From Verrucomicrobiota bacterium (GTDB lineage: Bacteria > Verrucomicrobiota > Verrucomicrobiia > Opitutales > Seribacteraceae), in NCBI GenBank assembly GCA_027622665.1, contig JAQBYT010000017.1:1-64000 (forward strand): DNA of 64,000 nucleotides. The letters run 5' to 3'. Under the pieces are notes generated by a model. It worked only from the letters and a program-made list of their open reading frames with translations, did not search any database and was not told the DNA's origin. A program made the translations under genes and the position numbers. Below, piece after piece: positions 27,667 to 37,985 of the stretch (position 1 is the first letter of the stretch; each line of letters begins with the position of its first letter).

Positions 27667-29643
27667 ATGAAAAGTCTTTGGAACGACAAAGAAGCCGCTG
27701 CCTGTGAAGAATCCGATGGCGAACTCGGGCTCCGAGCTTACTCGTCGCGCCTGCTCGGATCGGACGAATCTCTCGTCCTTGCCGGTGGTGGCAATACTTC
27801 AGTCAAGTTGAGCGAGCCAAACGTCCTCGGGGAGAATGTCGAGCTTCTCTATGTGAAAGGCAGTGGTTGGGATCTCTCCGACATCGAACCTCCGGGTTTC
27901 GCCGGAGTCCGCATGGATCACTGCCTAAGATTACTGGAATTGCCCGAGCTGGCAGATGCCGTGATGGTGAACGAGCTCAAAACCCATTGCACTCTTGCCT
28001 CCGCTCCCACTCCCTCTGTGGAAACTCTTCTTCACGCATGCCTTCCCTTTACCTATGTCGATCACACGCATGCAGATGCGGTCGTTACCTTAACCAATCT
28101 CACCGATGGCGAAGCCCGAGTCCGTGACGTCTATTCCGACCGCGTGCTCTATGTTCCCTACGTAATGCCCGGTTACGATTTGGCGAAGTATTGCGCCGAC
28201 CTCTGGTCGCGTGAAGGTCGCGACGATCTCGAAGGCATCGTCCTACTCAAGCACGGCATGTTTTCTTTTGGACAGGATGCCCGTGAGTCCTACGAAAGGA
28301 TGATCTCTCTTGTCAACCAAGCGGAAGATTACCTTCGAACTCAGGGCGTTTGGGGACTTCCACTTCCCTCTGAGAAACCGCCATCCCGTTTGGATACCCC
28401 GGCACTAGCCGCTTTGCGCCGGTCTCTTTCCACGGTTGCGGGTTTTCCCATGCTGCTGCGGGCCAATCGCTCGCCAAGGGCTTTGTCTTTTGCAAGCAAC
28501 CAGCAGTGGACGGATGCTCACAAGCGAGGAACTGCTACCCCCGACCACGTTATCCGTGTGAAACGGTCACCATTGGTCGGTCGTGACGTGACAGCCTACG
28601 CGGAGTCGTATGGCGAATCCTTTAGTCGCAACGCCGCAAAGGTTGCCGGCGGTGAACGCCTCTCCATGCTTGATCCCGCCCCTCGTCTCGTTCTCGATCC
28701 TGAGTTCGGTCTCCTGTCCGCCGGGCGTCGACCGAGCGATTGTGCCGTTGCAGAAGCCATCGCTCTTCATACTTTCGATATAGTTGAGCGAACGGAAGCT
28801 CTCGGTGGTTACGAACCCGTGGGCGAACTGGACCTTTTCCGCATGGAATACTGGGAACTTGAGCAGGCCAAGCTAAACAAGCTTGGTGCACCTCCTGTTT
28901 TCGCCGGGGAGGTCGCTCTCGTTACCGGTTCCGCATCGGGCATCGGTCAAGCCTGCGTGAACTCTCTTCGATCTCGTGGATGTGCGGTGGTCGGTCTCGA
29001 CCTCGACTCAGCCGAGCCTGCTATCGACTATCTTCCCATCGTCGGCGACCTTATCGATTCCGAATTCGTAGAGGACTCAATCGTCAAAACAGTAGAGGCT
29101 TTTGGCGGTCTTGACATACTTGTCCTGAATGCCGGTCTTTTTCCGCCAACTCAACGCATTGAGGAACTGGATGACGAAACTTGGAGCAAGACCATGGCGC
29201 TAAACTTGGATGCAAACCAACGCCTGCTCCGTCTCTGTCATCCGTTTCTGAAATTAGCTCCGAACGGTGGTCGCGTCCTAGTAGTGGGATCCAAAAACGT
29301 ACTGGCTCCCGGTCCGGGGGCTGCCGCATATTCCGCCTCCAAGGCGGCCATGACTCAAGTTGCTCGCGTTGCCGCACTCGAATGGGCCGCAGACGGCATT
29401 CGCGTAAACGTTCTGCACCCCAACTCTGTGTTTGATACGAACCTATGGACTTCCGAAATACTCGAGAAACGCGCCCAAGCTTATGGAATGACTGTCGAGG
29501 AATACAAATGTCGTAATTTACTCAAGACAGAGGTGTCCTCGCACGACGTCGCTGAAGCCGCCTGCGAACTTTGTGGTCCTCGCTTTTCCAAAACCACGGG
29601 TGCCCAGGTTCCCATTGATGGCGGTGAGGAGCGAGTCGTTTGA
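27667..29643 (+). CDS. Bifunctional class II aldolase / short-chain dehydrogenase
   Basis: GGGNTSVK, SVETLLH, HTHAD, KHG Zn ligands; C-terminal TGSASGIG, NAG, YSASK. Confidence 0.9.
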   Translation: MKSLWNDKEAAACEESDGELGLRAYSSRLLGSDESLVLAGGGNTSVKLSEPNVLGENVELLYVKGSGWDLSDIEPPGFAGVRMDHCLRLLELPELADAVMVNELKTHCTLASAPTPSVETLLHACLPFTYVDHTHADAVVTLTNLTDGEARVRDVYSDRVLYVPYVMPGYDLAKYCADLWSREGRDDLEGIVLLKHGMFSFGQDARESYERMISLVNQAEDYLRTQGVWGLPLPSEKPPSRLDTPALAALRRSLSTVAGFPMLLRANRSPRALSFASNQQWTDAHKRGTATPDHVIRVKRSPLVGRDVTAYAESYGESFSRNAAKVAGGERLSMLDPAPRLVLDPEFGLLSAGRRPSDCAVAEAIALHTFDIVERTEALGGYEPVGELDLFRMEYWELEQAKLNKLGAPPVFAGEVALVTGSASGIGQACVNSLRSRGCAVVGLDLDSAEPAIDYLPIVGDLIDSEFVEDSIVKTVEAFGGLDILVLNAGLFPPTQRIEELDDETWSKTMALNLDANQRLLRLCHPFLKLAPNGGRVLVVGSKNVLAPGPGAAAYSASKAAMTQVARVAALEWAADGIRVNVLHPNSVFDTNLWTSEILEKRAQAYGMTVEEYKCRNLLKTEVSSHDVAEAACELCGPRFSKTTGAQVPIDGGEERVV

Positions 29644-29645
29644 AA

Positions 29646-30104
29646 TCAGTACGGAATTTCAATCCCTTCGGGGTCGAACAACAAATCCACCGCTGAACCG
29701 TAACTCGCTTCTTCGATAAAGGGGGCGAGTATTTCAAGGACCGATGGATCTTGCTCGAATTCAGGCTTTGTGGAGGGGTGCGGCCAATAGACGAGTCCCT
29801 CCTCGAAGGTTTGCATTCCCGAGGTGCGTATTTCGCATCGATAGAAGGAGAAGTTTTCTGCAGGCATGACGGGACTCCACTTCACGGCGGGCAATGTCTT
29901 CCATGCTTTTCCGATTCGGAATACATTGGGAGCGATGCAGACGTTTAAGGTCCCTCTGTAGTGAGATGAAAGGTCGAGTCCTCGCTCTGCGAATCTGGGT
30001 ATTTGCAAGGCTAGGGTGCCTTCCGGAAAACGGTCGTCCCCTGCCATGCCGGACGCCACCCTGTGTCCTTCCTTCACTATGCCGGAAACTATCCTCTTGC
30101 TCAT
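29646..30104 (-). CDS. Hypothetical protein resembling the CTP-dependent riboflavin kinase fold
   Basis: VSGIVKEGHRVASG, YRGTLNV, LEILAP. Confidence 0.6.
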   Translation of the reverse strand: MSKRIVSGIVKEGHRVASGMAGDDRFPEGTLALQIPRFAERGLDLSSHYRGTLNVCIAPNVFRIGKAWKTLPAVKWSPVMPAENFSFYRCEIRTSGMQTFEEGLVYWPHPSTKPEFEQDPSVLEILAPFIEEASYGSAVDLLFDPEGIEIPY

Positions 30105-30191
30105 GACCTTCTTGCCAGTCTAATGATTTTTGCTACCTCCACAGAAGAGTATCGTCATCCTCATTTTTGTTTTTTTCAACTTCTATTCTCC

Positions 30192-31274
30192 ATGAAAGCT
30201 TTGTTACTTTTATTTTGCTTTGTTGGCATTGCCATGGCCGGTCGGGATTATCGGGCAGGCATTTTGGCAGGGACCGGCGAAATAGGCTTTTCCGGAGATG
30301 GCGGGCCAGCGTCTAAAGCCAAGCTCAACCAGCCCTTTGGCGTTGTTAAAGGACCTGATGGTGCTTTTTACGTTTGTGACGTGGGCAACCATGCCGTTCG
30401 GCGAATCGACCCGGATGGCACCATCTCTACCGTGGCGGGTGTTGGAGAAGCCGGTTATTCGGGTGACGGGGGTCTTGCCCCGCGGGCCAAGTTGCGTGAA
30501 CCTTATGAAGTGAGGTTTGATGAGGCGGGAAACTTATACTTTGTCGAGATGAAGAACCATATCGTTCGCATGGTGGACGCCAAGACGGGTTTCATCAGCA
30601 CGATTGCTGGTACGGGACGGCCCGGCTTTTCCGGAGATGGCGGACCTGCGACTATGGCCGAGATGATGAACCCGCATAGCATTCAGTTCGGGAGAGATGG
30701 TCGACTTTACGTTTGCGACATTGGAAATCATCGTATCCGCGTAATCGATTTTGTGACTGGTTTGATTTCCACCTTTTCGGGTACGGGCCAGCGAAAGACT
30801 TCTCCCGATGGTTCGCCTGTTGCCGGAGCCTCTCTCCATGGTCCGAGAGCCTTGGACAGGGATTCCCGCGGCGATCTTTGGCTTGCTCTACGCGAAGGTA
30901 ACGCCGTGTTCAGGCTGGACATGAAGGCCAAGCTCATTCGTCATGTCGCGGGTACTGGAAGCAAAGGTTTCTCGGGGAACGGGGACCTCGCCAAGAAAGC
31001 AACCCTTTCGGGCCCAAAGGGTATTGCCGTCGGCCCGAATGGGAACGTGTTCTTGGCCGATACCGAAAGCCACACGGTTCGATTCATAGACTTGAAGACT
31101 GGGCGCATGGAGCTTCTCGCGGGTGATGGACAAAAGGGGAATGGTCCTCCCATAGGTGATGCCCTGGATTCCCGAATGAACAGGCTTCACGGCATATACG
31201 TCGACAATAACGGCTCGGTGTTCGTAGGGGATACGAACAATCACGTCGTTCGCGTTTTTCGCCCCCGGAATTAA
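30192..31274 (+). CDS. Secreted NHL-repeat beta-propeller protein
   Basis: Signal peptide; repeated AGTG..GFSGDGGPA..A.L..P. Confidence 0.88.
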   Translation: MKALLLLFCFVGIAMAGRDYRAGILAGTGEIGFSGDGGPASKAKLNQPFGVVKGPDGAFYVCDVGNHAVRRIDPDGTISTVAGVGEAGYSGDGGLAPRAKLREPYEVRFDEAGNLYFVEMKNHIVRMVDAKTGFISTIAGTGRPGFSGDGGPATMAEMMNPHSIQFGRDGRLYVCDIGNHRIRVIDFVTGLISTFSGTGQRKTSPDGSPVAGASLHGPRALDRDSRGDLWLALREGNAVFRLDMKAKLIRHVAGTGSKGFSGNGDLAKKATLSGPKGIAVGPNGNVFLADTESHTVRFIDLKTGRMELLAGDGQKGNGPPIGDALDSRMNRLHGIYVDNNGSVFVGDTNNHVVRVFRPRN

Positions 31275-31290
31275 AAGACTAGCATTCCCG

Positions 31291-32034
31291 TTACCTGCCG
31301 AATTCCTCAAGCGTAGCTCGAGCGAATTCGGAGGAGGCATCCGTTATTGCGTCAAGGTTTTGCTCCACTGTCTTCCCTACGGCTTCGCGGGAAGCCGAGA
31401 GGAAGGTGTTGCACTCGTTTTGATCCATGAAGCGGGCAGCTTCGAGGAGCTGGTCCTGGTCTTCCTCGGGAATAACGATGAATCCATGTTTGTCGGCGTG
31501 GATCAGTTGTCCGGGCTTTATCTTAATTCCAAAAACATCCACCTCGCAATTCCAGCGAACCGGACAGGAGTAAGCGTGCCCGACGCACAATCGGCGGGCG
31601 AGGGTCTTGAATCCTGCGTCGGTCATTTCGTCTACGTCGCGTATGGCTCCGTCCTGAATGCAACCGACGCATCCAAGCGAGCGGCAAACGTTGGCATTTA
31701 CCTCGCCCCAGTACGTACCTGCGCATTCGGGGTGATCGAGGTCTTGAGTGACCACAATTTTCGGTCCGGGTACGCTTGCCAGGTATTCCCGGTACTCGCC
31801 CCATGCCTCAGGGTTGTTTTTGAGGTGGCTTGGATTGCTTGGTTCGAAGACGGCGGTTACGGCATAGCCGACCATGGGGCCCATTTGCGGCATGAAGTCC
31901 CGAACCTCCTCAATGTTGACGTATCCTCCAGTCCGTTCCTTATTCGTTATTTGCTCCCAACCGTTATAAATGGTGGGTGTGTTCCAGCGCTTGAGTCCTA
32001 GCAGGTCAGCGTGACTGAGTTTCTGCTGACTCAT
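31291..32034 (-). CDS. RraA-family protein (HMG/CHA aldolase-like)
   Basis: WGEVNA, DGAIRDVDE, PGQLIHADKHG. Confidence 0.85.
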   Translation of the reverse strand: MSQQKLSHADLLGLKRWNTPTIYNGWEQITNKERTGGYVNIEEVRDFMPQMGPMVGYAVTAVFEPSNPSHLKNNPEAWGEYREYLASVPGPKIVVTQDLDHPECAGTYWGEVNANVCRSLGCVGCIQDGAIRDVDEMTDAGFKTLARRLCVGHAYSCPVRWNCEVDVFGIKIKPGQLIHADKHGFIVIPEEDQDQLLEAARFMDQNECNTFLSASREAVGKTVEQNLDAITDASSEFARATLEEFGR

Positions 32035-32249
32035 GGACAAAAGCACTTGAAGAACCTGTGGCCCGTCCCTCCTGACCCAATTCGGACTCGTATGGGATGC
32101 ATGCAACGGGGGCAGTTGCCGGTATAGGCAGTACCTTCTTTGTTTTTGTATATTCTACCGTAAGTGCCGCAGCGAACATAGTGTATTCCCAAGAAAGAGC
32201 CGTCGCGCTTTATTGGAATATCGCGAGGTTCCTCTTGGTTTGGGTTCAT
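32031..32249 (-). CDS. Small Cys-rich (Zn-ribbon-like) protein, 72 aa
   Basis: FLGIHYVRCGTYGRIYKN...CPRC...GGTGHRFF; ATGA overlap with the next gene. Confidence 0.75.
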   Translation of the reverse strand: MNPNQEEPRDIPIKRDGSFLGIHYVRCGTYGRIYKNKEGTAYTGNCPRCMHPIRVRIGSGGTGHRFFKCFCP

Positions 32250-32260
32250 TCCACAAATTT

Positions 32261-32947
32261 TTAGTCCTGCTCCCGCACCAATCCATCGACTTGCCTGGAT
32301 GACATGTGGGCTTGCACCGATAGACCATCCGTACGGTCTAGTATTTCGGACACCCAAGACTTTACCTTTTCTTCGATGAACTTCAATTCCTTGTTGGCTT
32401 CGGGGTCTGAGGTCAGGGCGGTGAAACTGGTTTGAAGGTCGCTTACGGCTGCGTCGGTTTGCCCGAGCATTTCATGGAGTGCGTTGAGCATCCTCCGGAC
32501 GGATGTTGCGTCGACTGTGTTTTCAGACGCCAAAGCTTCTACGTGATGTTTAACTGGATGTTGCTTGATCTTTGGGGCCTTTGGTCCGGCTCCCTTGAAG
32601 AGTTTGAAGGACTTTTCCTTATTCTCTCCACTGAAGAGCAGTCGCTTGTTGAATTCGAGGGTGGCTAACCATTTGAGTTCAACGAGCAACTCTCTAAGCC
32701 GTTCCGCAGTTTGTTCTTCTTCCTCTTGCTGCTTTTTCTTTGGAAGGAACTTTTCTTCACCGACCTCGGCCAAGCCGGCCATTGACTCGAGTACTTCCAG
32801 AGTTCGATTCAATACGTTCTGTTGTGTCTGCAGAAAAGAAATGGCAACCTGCAGGTGCTCTTCAAGCTTGTCCTTCGTCTTGAGAGGTATTTCGTCTTCC
32901 TTGAACGGAAGCTTTTTCTTCGTGTAGTTGGATAAACTTAGACGCAT
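32261..32947 (-). CDS. Degenerate flagellin-like protein
   Basis: HLQVAISFLQTQQNVL...LESMAGLA, LATLEFNKRLLF, C-terminal LSVQAHMSSRQVDGLV resemble flagellin terminal motifs. Confidence 0.65.
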   Translation of the reverse strand: MRLSLSNYTKKKLPFKEDEIPLKTKDKLEEHLQVAISFLQTQQNVLNRTLEVLESMAGLAEVGEEKFLPKKKQQEEEEQTAERLRELLVELKWLATLEFNKRLLFSGENKEKSFKLFKGAGPKAPKIKQHPVKHHVEALASENTVDATSVRRMLNALHEMLGQTDAAVSDLQTSFTALTSDPEANKELKFIEEKVKSWVSEILDRTDGLSVQAHMSSRQVDGLVREQD

Positions 32948-32996
32948 TGGTAAGTATGGGAAAGGATTCACTTTGTGGCTTAATGCCGGCGTGAAA

Positions 32997-34145
32997 TCAA
33001 GCGGAAACCGCCTTCTCGGGAGGTAAGTCGGCCCGTCCGGGAAGAGAAGATCGGTAAAAACCTCCGCCGAGCAGACGTTCGCCATCGTATATGGCGATGA
33101 CTTGCCCGGGGGCGAGTGCTCGTTGAGGTGATTCGAAAGTAACCTCTACCGATCCGTTGTCCAATAGGTGAAAGTCAATCGGAGCGGATGGGTCTCGATA
33201 ACGAGGTTTAGCCAACAGCTTTTGACTACCGGTAATGCTTTCGCCAACGAAACTCAAATCGTCGACGAGAAAGGATTTTCCCCAAAGTCCGGGGGCATCC
33301 GGACCCTCAAAGGCAACAATTAGCCTTTTGGCATCCGGATCTTTTCCGACAACGACGAAATTTTCATTATCCGTATTTGAAGGTACGCCAATACCTCTTC
33401 TTTGGCCCAAGGTGTATCTGTGGAGACCGCGATGTTCGCCAACTACTTTCCCCTCGCTAGTTACGATTGCGCCGGGATCGTCATCGAGAAAGCCTTCAAG
33501 GAACTCTGACACCTTTACCTTGCCGAGAAAGCATATTCCTTGGCTGTCCTTTTTATCGGCAACGGGAATGTTGCGCTCTTTGGCGATTCTACGTACCTCG
33601 GGCTTTGGGATTTCGCCCAAGGGAAACCTCGCTGCCGCCAGTTGCTTCGGCAGGATGCGGGCTAGGAAATAGGACTGGTCCTTGTTCTTGTCCAGACCTT
33701 CCCATAACTGGGGCGTGCCGTCCCCGGCGAGCTCCCGTCTGCAGTAATGGCCCGTGGCCAAAGCCTCGAATCCTCTCTCCTCGGCGTGCTCGAGCAATTT
33801 CCCGAACTTCATCCGGCGGTTGCAGGTCACGTCGGGATTGGGAGTAATCCCATTTCGGTAGCCTTCCACCATCGGCTGGACCACATTCTCTTGATAGAAG
33901 TCGACGAAGTTCACGACTTCAAAAGGAATTCCCAAACATTCGGCCACGTCTTGGGCATCAGCAAGGTCCTGTGCTCCGGGGCAATCGCCCAGCACGTCCG
34001 TTTCGTGTTCCCAAGTCTTTACGTAGACACCTTCCACCTCGTGACCACCGTCGACCAGCAAGGCCGCCGCCACGGAGCTGTCCACGCCACCGGACAAGGC
34101 CACCATCACTCGCTCATTTCTTCGGGACGTCATATTTTCTCCCAT
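32997..34145 (-). CDS. mnmA: tRNA 2-thiouridine(34) synthase
   Basis: ALSGGVDSSV, TPNPDVTCN, ATGHY, KDQSYFL, KDSQGICF, APGQ. Confidence 0.97.
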   Translation of the reverse strand: MGENMTSRRNERVMVALSGGVDSSVAAALLVDGGHEVEGVYVKTWEHETDVLGDCPGAQDLADAQDVAECLGIPFEVVNFVDFYQENVVQPMVEGYRNGITPNPDVTCNRRMKFGKLLEHAEERGFEALATGHYCRRELAGDGTPQLWEGLDKNKDQSYFLARILPKQLAAARFPLGEIPKPEVRRIAKERNIPVADKKDSQGICFLGKVKVSEFLEGFLDDDPGAIVTSEGKVVGEHRGLHRYTLGQRRGIGVPSNTDNENFVVVGKDPDAKRLIVAFEGPDAPGLWGKSFLVDDLSFVGESITGSQKLLAKPRYRDPSAPIDFHLLDNGSVEVTFESPQRALAPGQVIAIYDGERLLGGGFYRSSLPGRADLPPEKAVSA

Positions 34146-34217
34146 ACTATATTTCTATAACCTATCCGCAAAGATTTTTCGATTGTCGAAATTGGCTCAT
34201 CCCTATTGTTGCATGGC

Positions 34218-36587
34218 ATGGCAAATAAGGTTTTGCGGATTTGGCGGGAATCTCGCGATTGCGGGCTCGTGGCTCTGGATCGAGATTGGAATGGCGAACC
34301 CATTACTGACTTCCCATCGGAATGGAAGTCAGATGATGGGGCAGGGGAGTTTTTCCCGCTATCGCCAACCGAGCGAGGGTCTCTTTGTGGTTATGCTCGC
34401 GAAGGTGATCAAGCATTGTTCCTTGTCGAACCGATCCTTTATCCCTTCTTGCTTCGTCCCGGCGCCAAAGCTTTTTTGGCAGGACCCTTCAACGAATGGG
34501 AAAAGGCCAGCGGTAACGATGATTGGCTTTTGACCCCTCGGGAAGACGGTCTTCTCGGGCTTGAGAAACCTTGGGATGAAGTGGCGAGCTTGGCTCCGTT
34601 CCCGTTCAAGTTCATTAACGGAGATGGAGCGTGGCTAAACCCACCGGACGAAGCTCCAAACGTCGAGCAATCCATGCCGGGGGCACGGAACTTGATCTTT
34701 CGGGAGAATCGTTCTCACCGGGATCTCCTTCGTTTTCCCATTCCTCCCGACTTTGCTTCTGAAACCATCGAGGAGTTGGCCGAGCGGTTGATTCCCGAAG
34801 GTTGGTTCGGTGTTCGCGTGGAATCGGGGGAAACCTGCTTTCGACTCTTTGCCCCGAGGGCGAACGAGGTGACCGTTCACCTCTCTGAGAATCTTCCCTC
34901 CTTCCCTAGCGAAACACATTCTCTGGACAAGGATGAATCCGGAGCTTGGGAGATCAACCTGCCCAACGACCTTTCCGGATGGTTCTATGCCTACCGGGTG
35001 GGAGGCTCCAATGAAGAGACTTGTGCCGACTTCAATCAATCCGTCGAAGTGCTGGACCCTTACGCCATCGCTGCCGTTGGCCCCGTGGGACCGGGCATCG
35101 TTTTGGATCCCCGAAAGGCTGGATCAACAACTACCGAGCCTTTTTCTTCTCCTGCTCGTGAAGATCTGGTGATCGTCGAGGCTCACGTCCGCGATTTGCT
35201 CGCAAAGGCTTCTCTCGACCTTACTCCCTCCGAGCGACTCGGCTTTTCCGGTCTCGCTAAGTGGGTTCGTTCGAACGATTGCTACCTGTCCCGACTCGGA
35301 GCCAACGCCGTGGAACTGCAGCCCATTCTCGAGCCTGATGCCGAGACCGCTGACGAATACTTCTGGGGTTACATGCCGGTCAACTTTTTCGCTCCCGCCT
35401 CTCACTATTCGTTAAACCCCGAGCAAGCATCCGGCATTAGAGAATTCCAAGAAGTCGTCTCGGCCTTTCACGGCAAGGGAATGGCCGTCATCCTCGATCT
35501 CGTTTACAATCACGTCGGCGTGCCCAATCACCTCGCCCGTGTCGACAAGGGGCTATACTTCGCAACCGACAAGTTCGGTCGCCTCACAAACCACAGCGGT
35601 TGCGGCAACGACCTGAGGCCCAATTCGCCCGCCGCTCGCCGTCTCGTAATCGACAGCTTGAAATACCTTGTGCGAACTTTTGACGTCGACGGATTTCGTC
35701 TCGACCTCGCCGAACTCCTCGGCATCGAATTCCTCCGCGAAATTGAGCATGAGCTTCTATCGATAAAGCCGAGGCTTCATCTCATTGCCGAGCCATGGAG
35801 TTTTCGCGGTCGCCTTCCCGATGCCATGAGAGAGACCACCTATTCTCTCTGGGGAGACGATATGCGAGAAGGACTCCTCGATTACGCCCGAGGAAAAGGT
35901 GACGCCACCTCAGTCCTTCGTTGGCTTCAAGGCTCGCCTGGTAGCGTGTCCGCTCGTCCTTCCCAAACGGTAAACTACCTCGAGTCTCACGACGATTACG
36001 CATTCATCGACCGCCTCACGGAAAGATCCCGCCGAAACGGCTCCAATCCTACCGAGCTCGACATTCGCCGTCATCGCCTCGCCCTCGCCGTGCTGCTTGC
36101 ATCTCCCGGCGTTCCTATGCTCTCCGCCGGGCAGGATTTTCTTCGTTCAAAAAAAGGAGTTCGAAATACCTACCTTCGCGGCGATCTCAACGCACTCGAT
36201 TACTCCCTTCTCGACAAGCATCCTGAGCACCATGCCTATATTCGCGACTGGATTGCCCTGCGCCTATCCGACACGGGCAAGCTACTCCGTCCCGCCAAGC
36301 ATACCGGTGGAAGTTACTATCAATCCTTCCCATCGGAAGACGGGCAAGCCGCAGCTCTTCTCATTAACGCCGACCAATCTGCAGGATCGAGGCGTCTCTT
36401 GTTCGCCATCAACCCGTCAGCCAACAAAGAAGTTCTTTTGCCCGTCACTCCCGAGCAATTCGGAGACTCCGTGCTTGTCGCGAACTCCGAGAAAGTTTCA
36501 ACGCAAGGTCTTCAAGATAACTTTGCCCGCAAGACCGGTTGCCTTTGCCTACCCTCAACCTCAACTGCGATGTGGACGGTCTCTTGA
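34218..36587 (+). CDS. GH13 pullulanase/glycogen-debranching enzyme with CBM48-like modules
   Basis: FRLFAPRA, WGYMPVNFFAP, DLVYNH, DGFRLDLA, IAEPW, YLESHDD. Confidence 0.9.
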   Translation: MANKVLRIWRESRDCGLVALDRDWNGEPITDFPSEWKSDDGAGEFFPLSPTERGSLCGYAREGDQALFLVEPILYPFLLRPGAKAFLAGPFNEWEKASGNDDWLLTPREDGLLGLEKPWDEVASLAPFPFKFINGDGAWLNPPDEAPNVEQSMPGARNLIFRENRSHRDLLRFPIPPDFASETIEELAERLIPEGWFGVRVESGETCFRLFAPRANEVTVHLSENLPSFPSETHSLDKDESGAWEINLPNDLSGWFYAYRVGGSNEETCADFNQSVEVLDPYAIAAVGPVGPGIVLDPRKAGSTTTEPFSSPAREDLVIVEAHVRDLLAKASLDLTPSERLGFSGLAKWVRSNDCYLSRLGANAVELQPILEPDAETADEYFWGYMPVNFFAPASHYSLNPEQASGIREFQEVVSAFHGKGMAVILDLVYNHVGVPNHLARVDKGLYFATDKFGRLTNHSGCGNDLRPNSPAARRLVIDSLKYLVRTFDVDGFRLDLAELLGIEFLREIEHELLSIKPRLHLIAEPWSFRGRLPDAMRETTYSLWGDDMREGLLDYARGKGDATSVLRWLQGSPGSVSARPSQTVNYLESHDDYAFIDRLTERSRRNGSNPTELDIRRHRLALAVLLASPGVPMLSAGQDFLRSKKGVRNTYLRGDLNALDYSLLDKHPEHHAYIRDWIALRLSDTGKLLRPAKHTGGSYYQSFPSEDGQAAALLINADQSAGSRRLLFAINPSANKEVLLPVTPEQFGDSVLVANSEKVSTQGLQDNFARKTGCLCLPSTSTAMWTVS

Positions 36588-36649
36588 ATTTCTTTCGTGG
36601 AAGCCATTCATTCACTGACGGCTTTGAAATGAATAGGGGGGGCTTTTGG

Positions 36650-37690
36650 CTAGAAGTCTCCGCCTAATCCGACTTCGATCGAATGGGCACCGTAAGCACC
36701 GAAATTGCCGTGTTTGGCGGCACCCAAGTAGCGACAGCCAATTCCCGCCCGCAAATGCTCGGTGAGGCGGTAGCCCAGTTCGGCAAAGCCTTCGTACGAT
36801 AACGTCGCTTTCTTGGAGGTTTCCAAAGGGGTTTTTACACTCCCGAAATAAAACATCCCGCCTTCCGCTCTGTATCCCAATCCCCCTGCTCCGCCAAAGC
36901 GCAACCACAAGTCTTTCGAGAGTGGTACGGTATATCCCAAGCGTCCAGATAGGTTGATTAGGTAGGATTCTCCCTTTCCGGCTGTGGAATTCGTCAAAAA
37001 AGAATGATGATCTTTGAATGAGTTAAACTTGTAGTGGTTCAAGCCCAGAGACAGACCGCTAGTCCAGTTGCCGAACCGTCTCCCACCCGTTAAGCCTGCC
37101 GTGAAACCAGTGTTGCCCGAAAGCTTTCCATCGCCCAGTGGCAATTCGTAAGTGGTATCAGAGGGAAAGAGGGCGCCTGCAAATGGAAACAGGTAATACT
37201 TTCCGCGATTCAGCGCAGGTCTTCCTTTTCGAGCGGAAATCTTTGGAGTGGTGTCTTCCGTGATTCCAGGAGAGTCGGAGAGGGTGGCAGGCTCAGTCGG
37301 CTCGACTACTTCAATATACTTTGCCGGAGAGGCAACCTCTCTCCGCTTTTCCGGTACGCGCGTCTTGGACTGCTCCAGTTTATTTAAAAGCCTTTCCAGC
37401 TTGTTTTGCCTTTCCAGCCGCTTGTACAAATTAACGAGGGCAGGCAGAGGTTCGCGCGTATCGTTTATGCGATGAAGCAACGAGGCTCGACGATCCCATT
37501 CCATGGCAATCTGGTGATCAAGGTCACTCACCGCGCTCGAAATCTTCTCTACCTCTGCTTGCAAGGCAGAAGTCGATTGGGGCAGGGCGTTGCTTGCGAT
37601 GCGATCATCATATACCGCCTCCGCATGCAGGGATGCGGGCAATGCAAGTACCATCGATAACCAATGGCAATACGAGTTTAGGATTCTCAC
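36650..37690 (-). CDS. Outer-membrane small beta-barrel protein with N-terminal coiled coil
   Basis: Signal peptide, helical charged N-half, Gly/aromatic strands, terminal Phe. Confidence 0.75.
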   Translation of the reverse strand: MRILNSYCHWLSMVLALPASLHAEAVYDDRIASNALPQSTSALQAEVEKISSAVSDLDHQIAMEWDRRASLLHRINDTREPLPALVNLYKRLERQNKLERLLNKLEQSKTRVPEKRREVASPAKYIEVVEPTEPATLSDSPGITEDTTPKISARKGRPALNRGKYYLFPFAGALFPSDTTYELPLGDGKLSGNTGFTAGLTGGRRFGNWTSGLSLGLNHYKFNSFKDHHSFLTNSTAGKGESYLINLSGRLGYTVPLSKDLWLRFGGAGGLGYRAEGGMFYFGSVKTPLETSKKATLSYEGFAELGYRLTEHLRAGIGCRYLGAAKHGNFGAYGAHSIEVGLGGDF

Positions 37691-37985
37691 TACACGGGAA
37701 AAAGAAATTTGGACAATCAGAAACCTAGGGATAAGCCTAACCCAGTCAACTCTTTCGATGAGCCGAAAAAGAACAGTTCGAGCATTATCGTGTACTTGGA
37801 CTCTTCGGATATCCCTGCGGATGCGTTGATGAGATATTAACCACGGTTAAACTTTTCGCCTCTAACGGTAAGGTTTTGGTGAATGCGAAATCCGTGCAAG
37901 CGTTCGTCTGGACGGAATTCACTTCCGTTTCAGCTGTCGAAGTACTTTTGATTGAGAACGAGGAAATCAAGATCTGGCGTTGCTT

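Noticed and set aside
37691..37985. 300-bp intergenic region as an sRNA or small gene
   Set aside because: No convincing hairpin, terminator or ORF by eye
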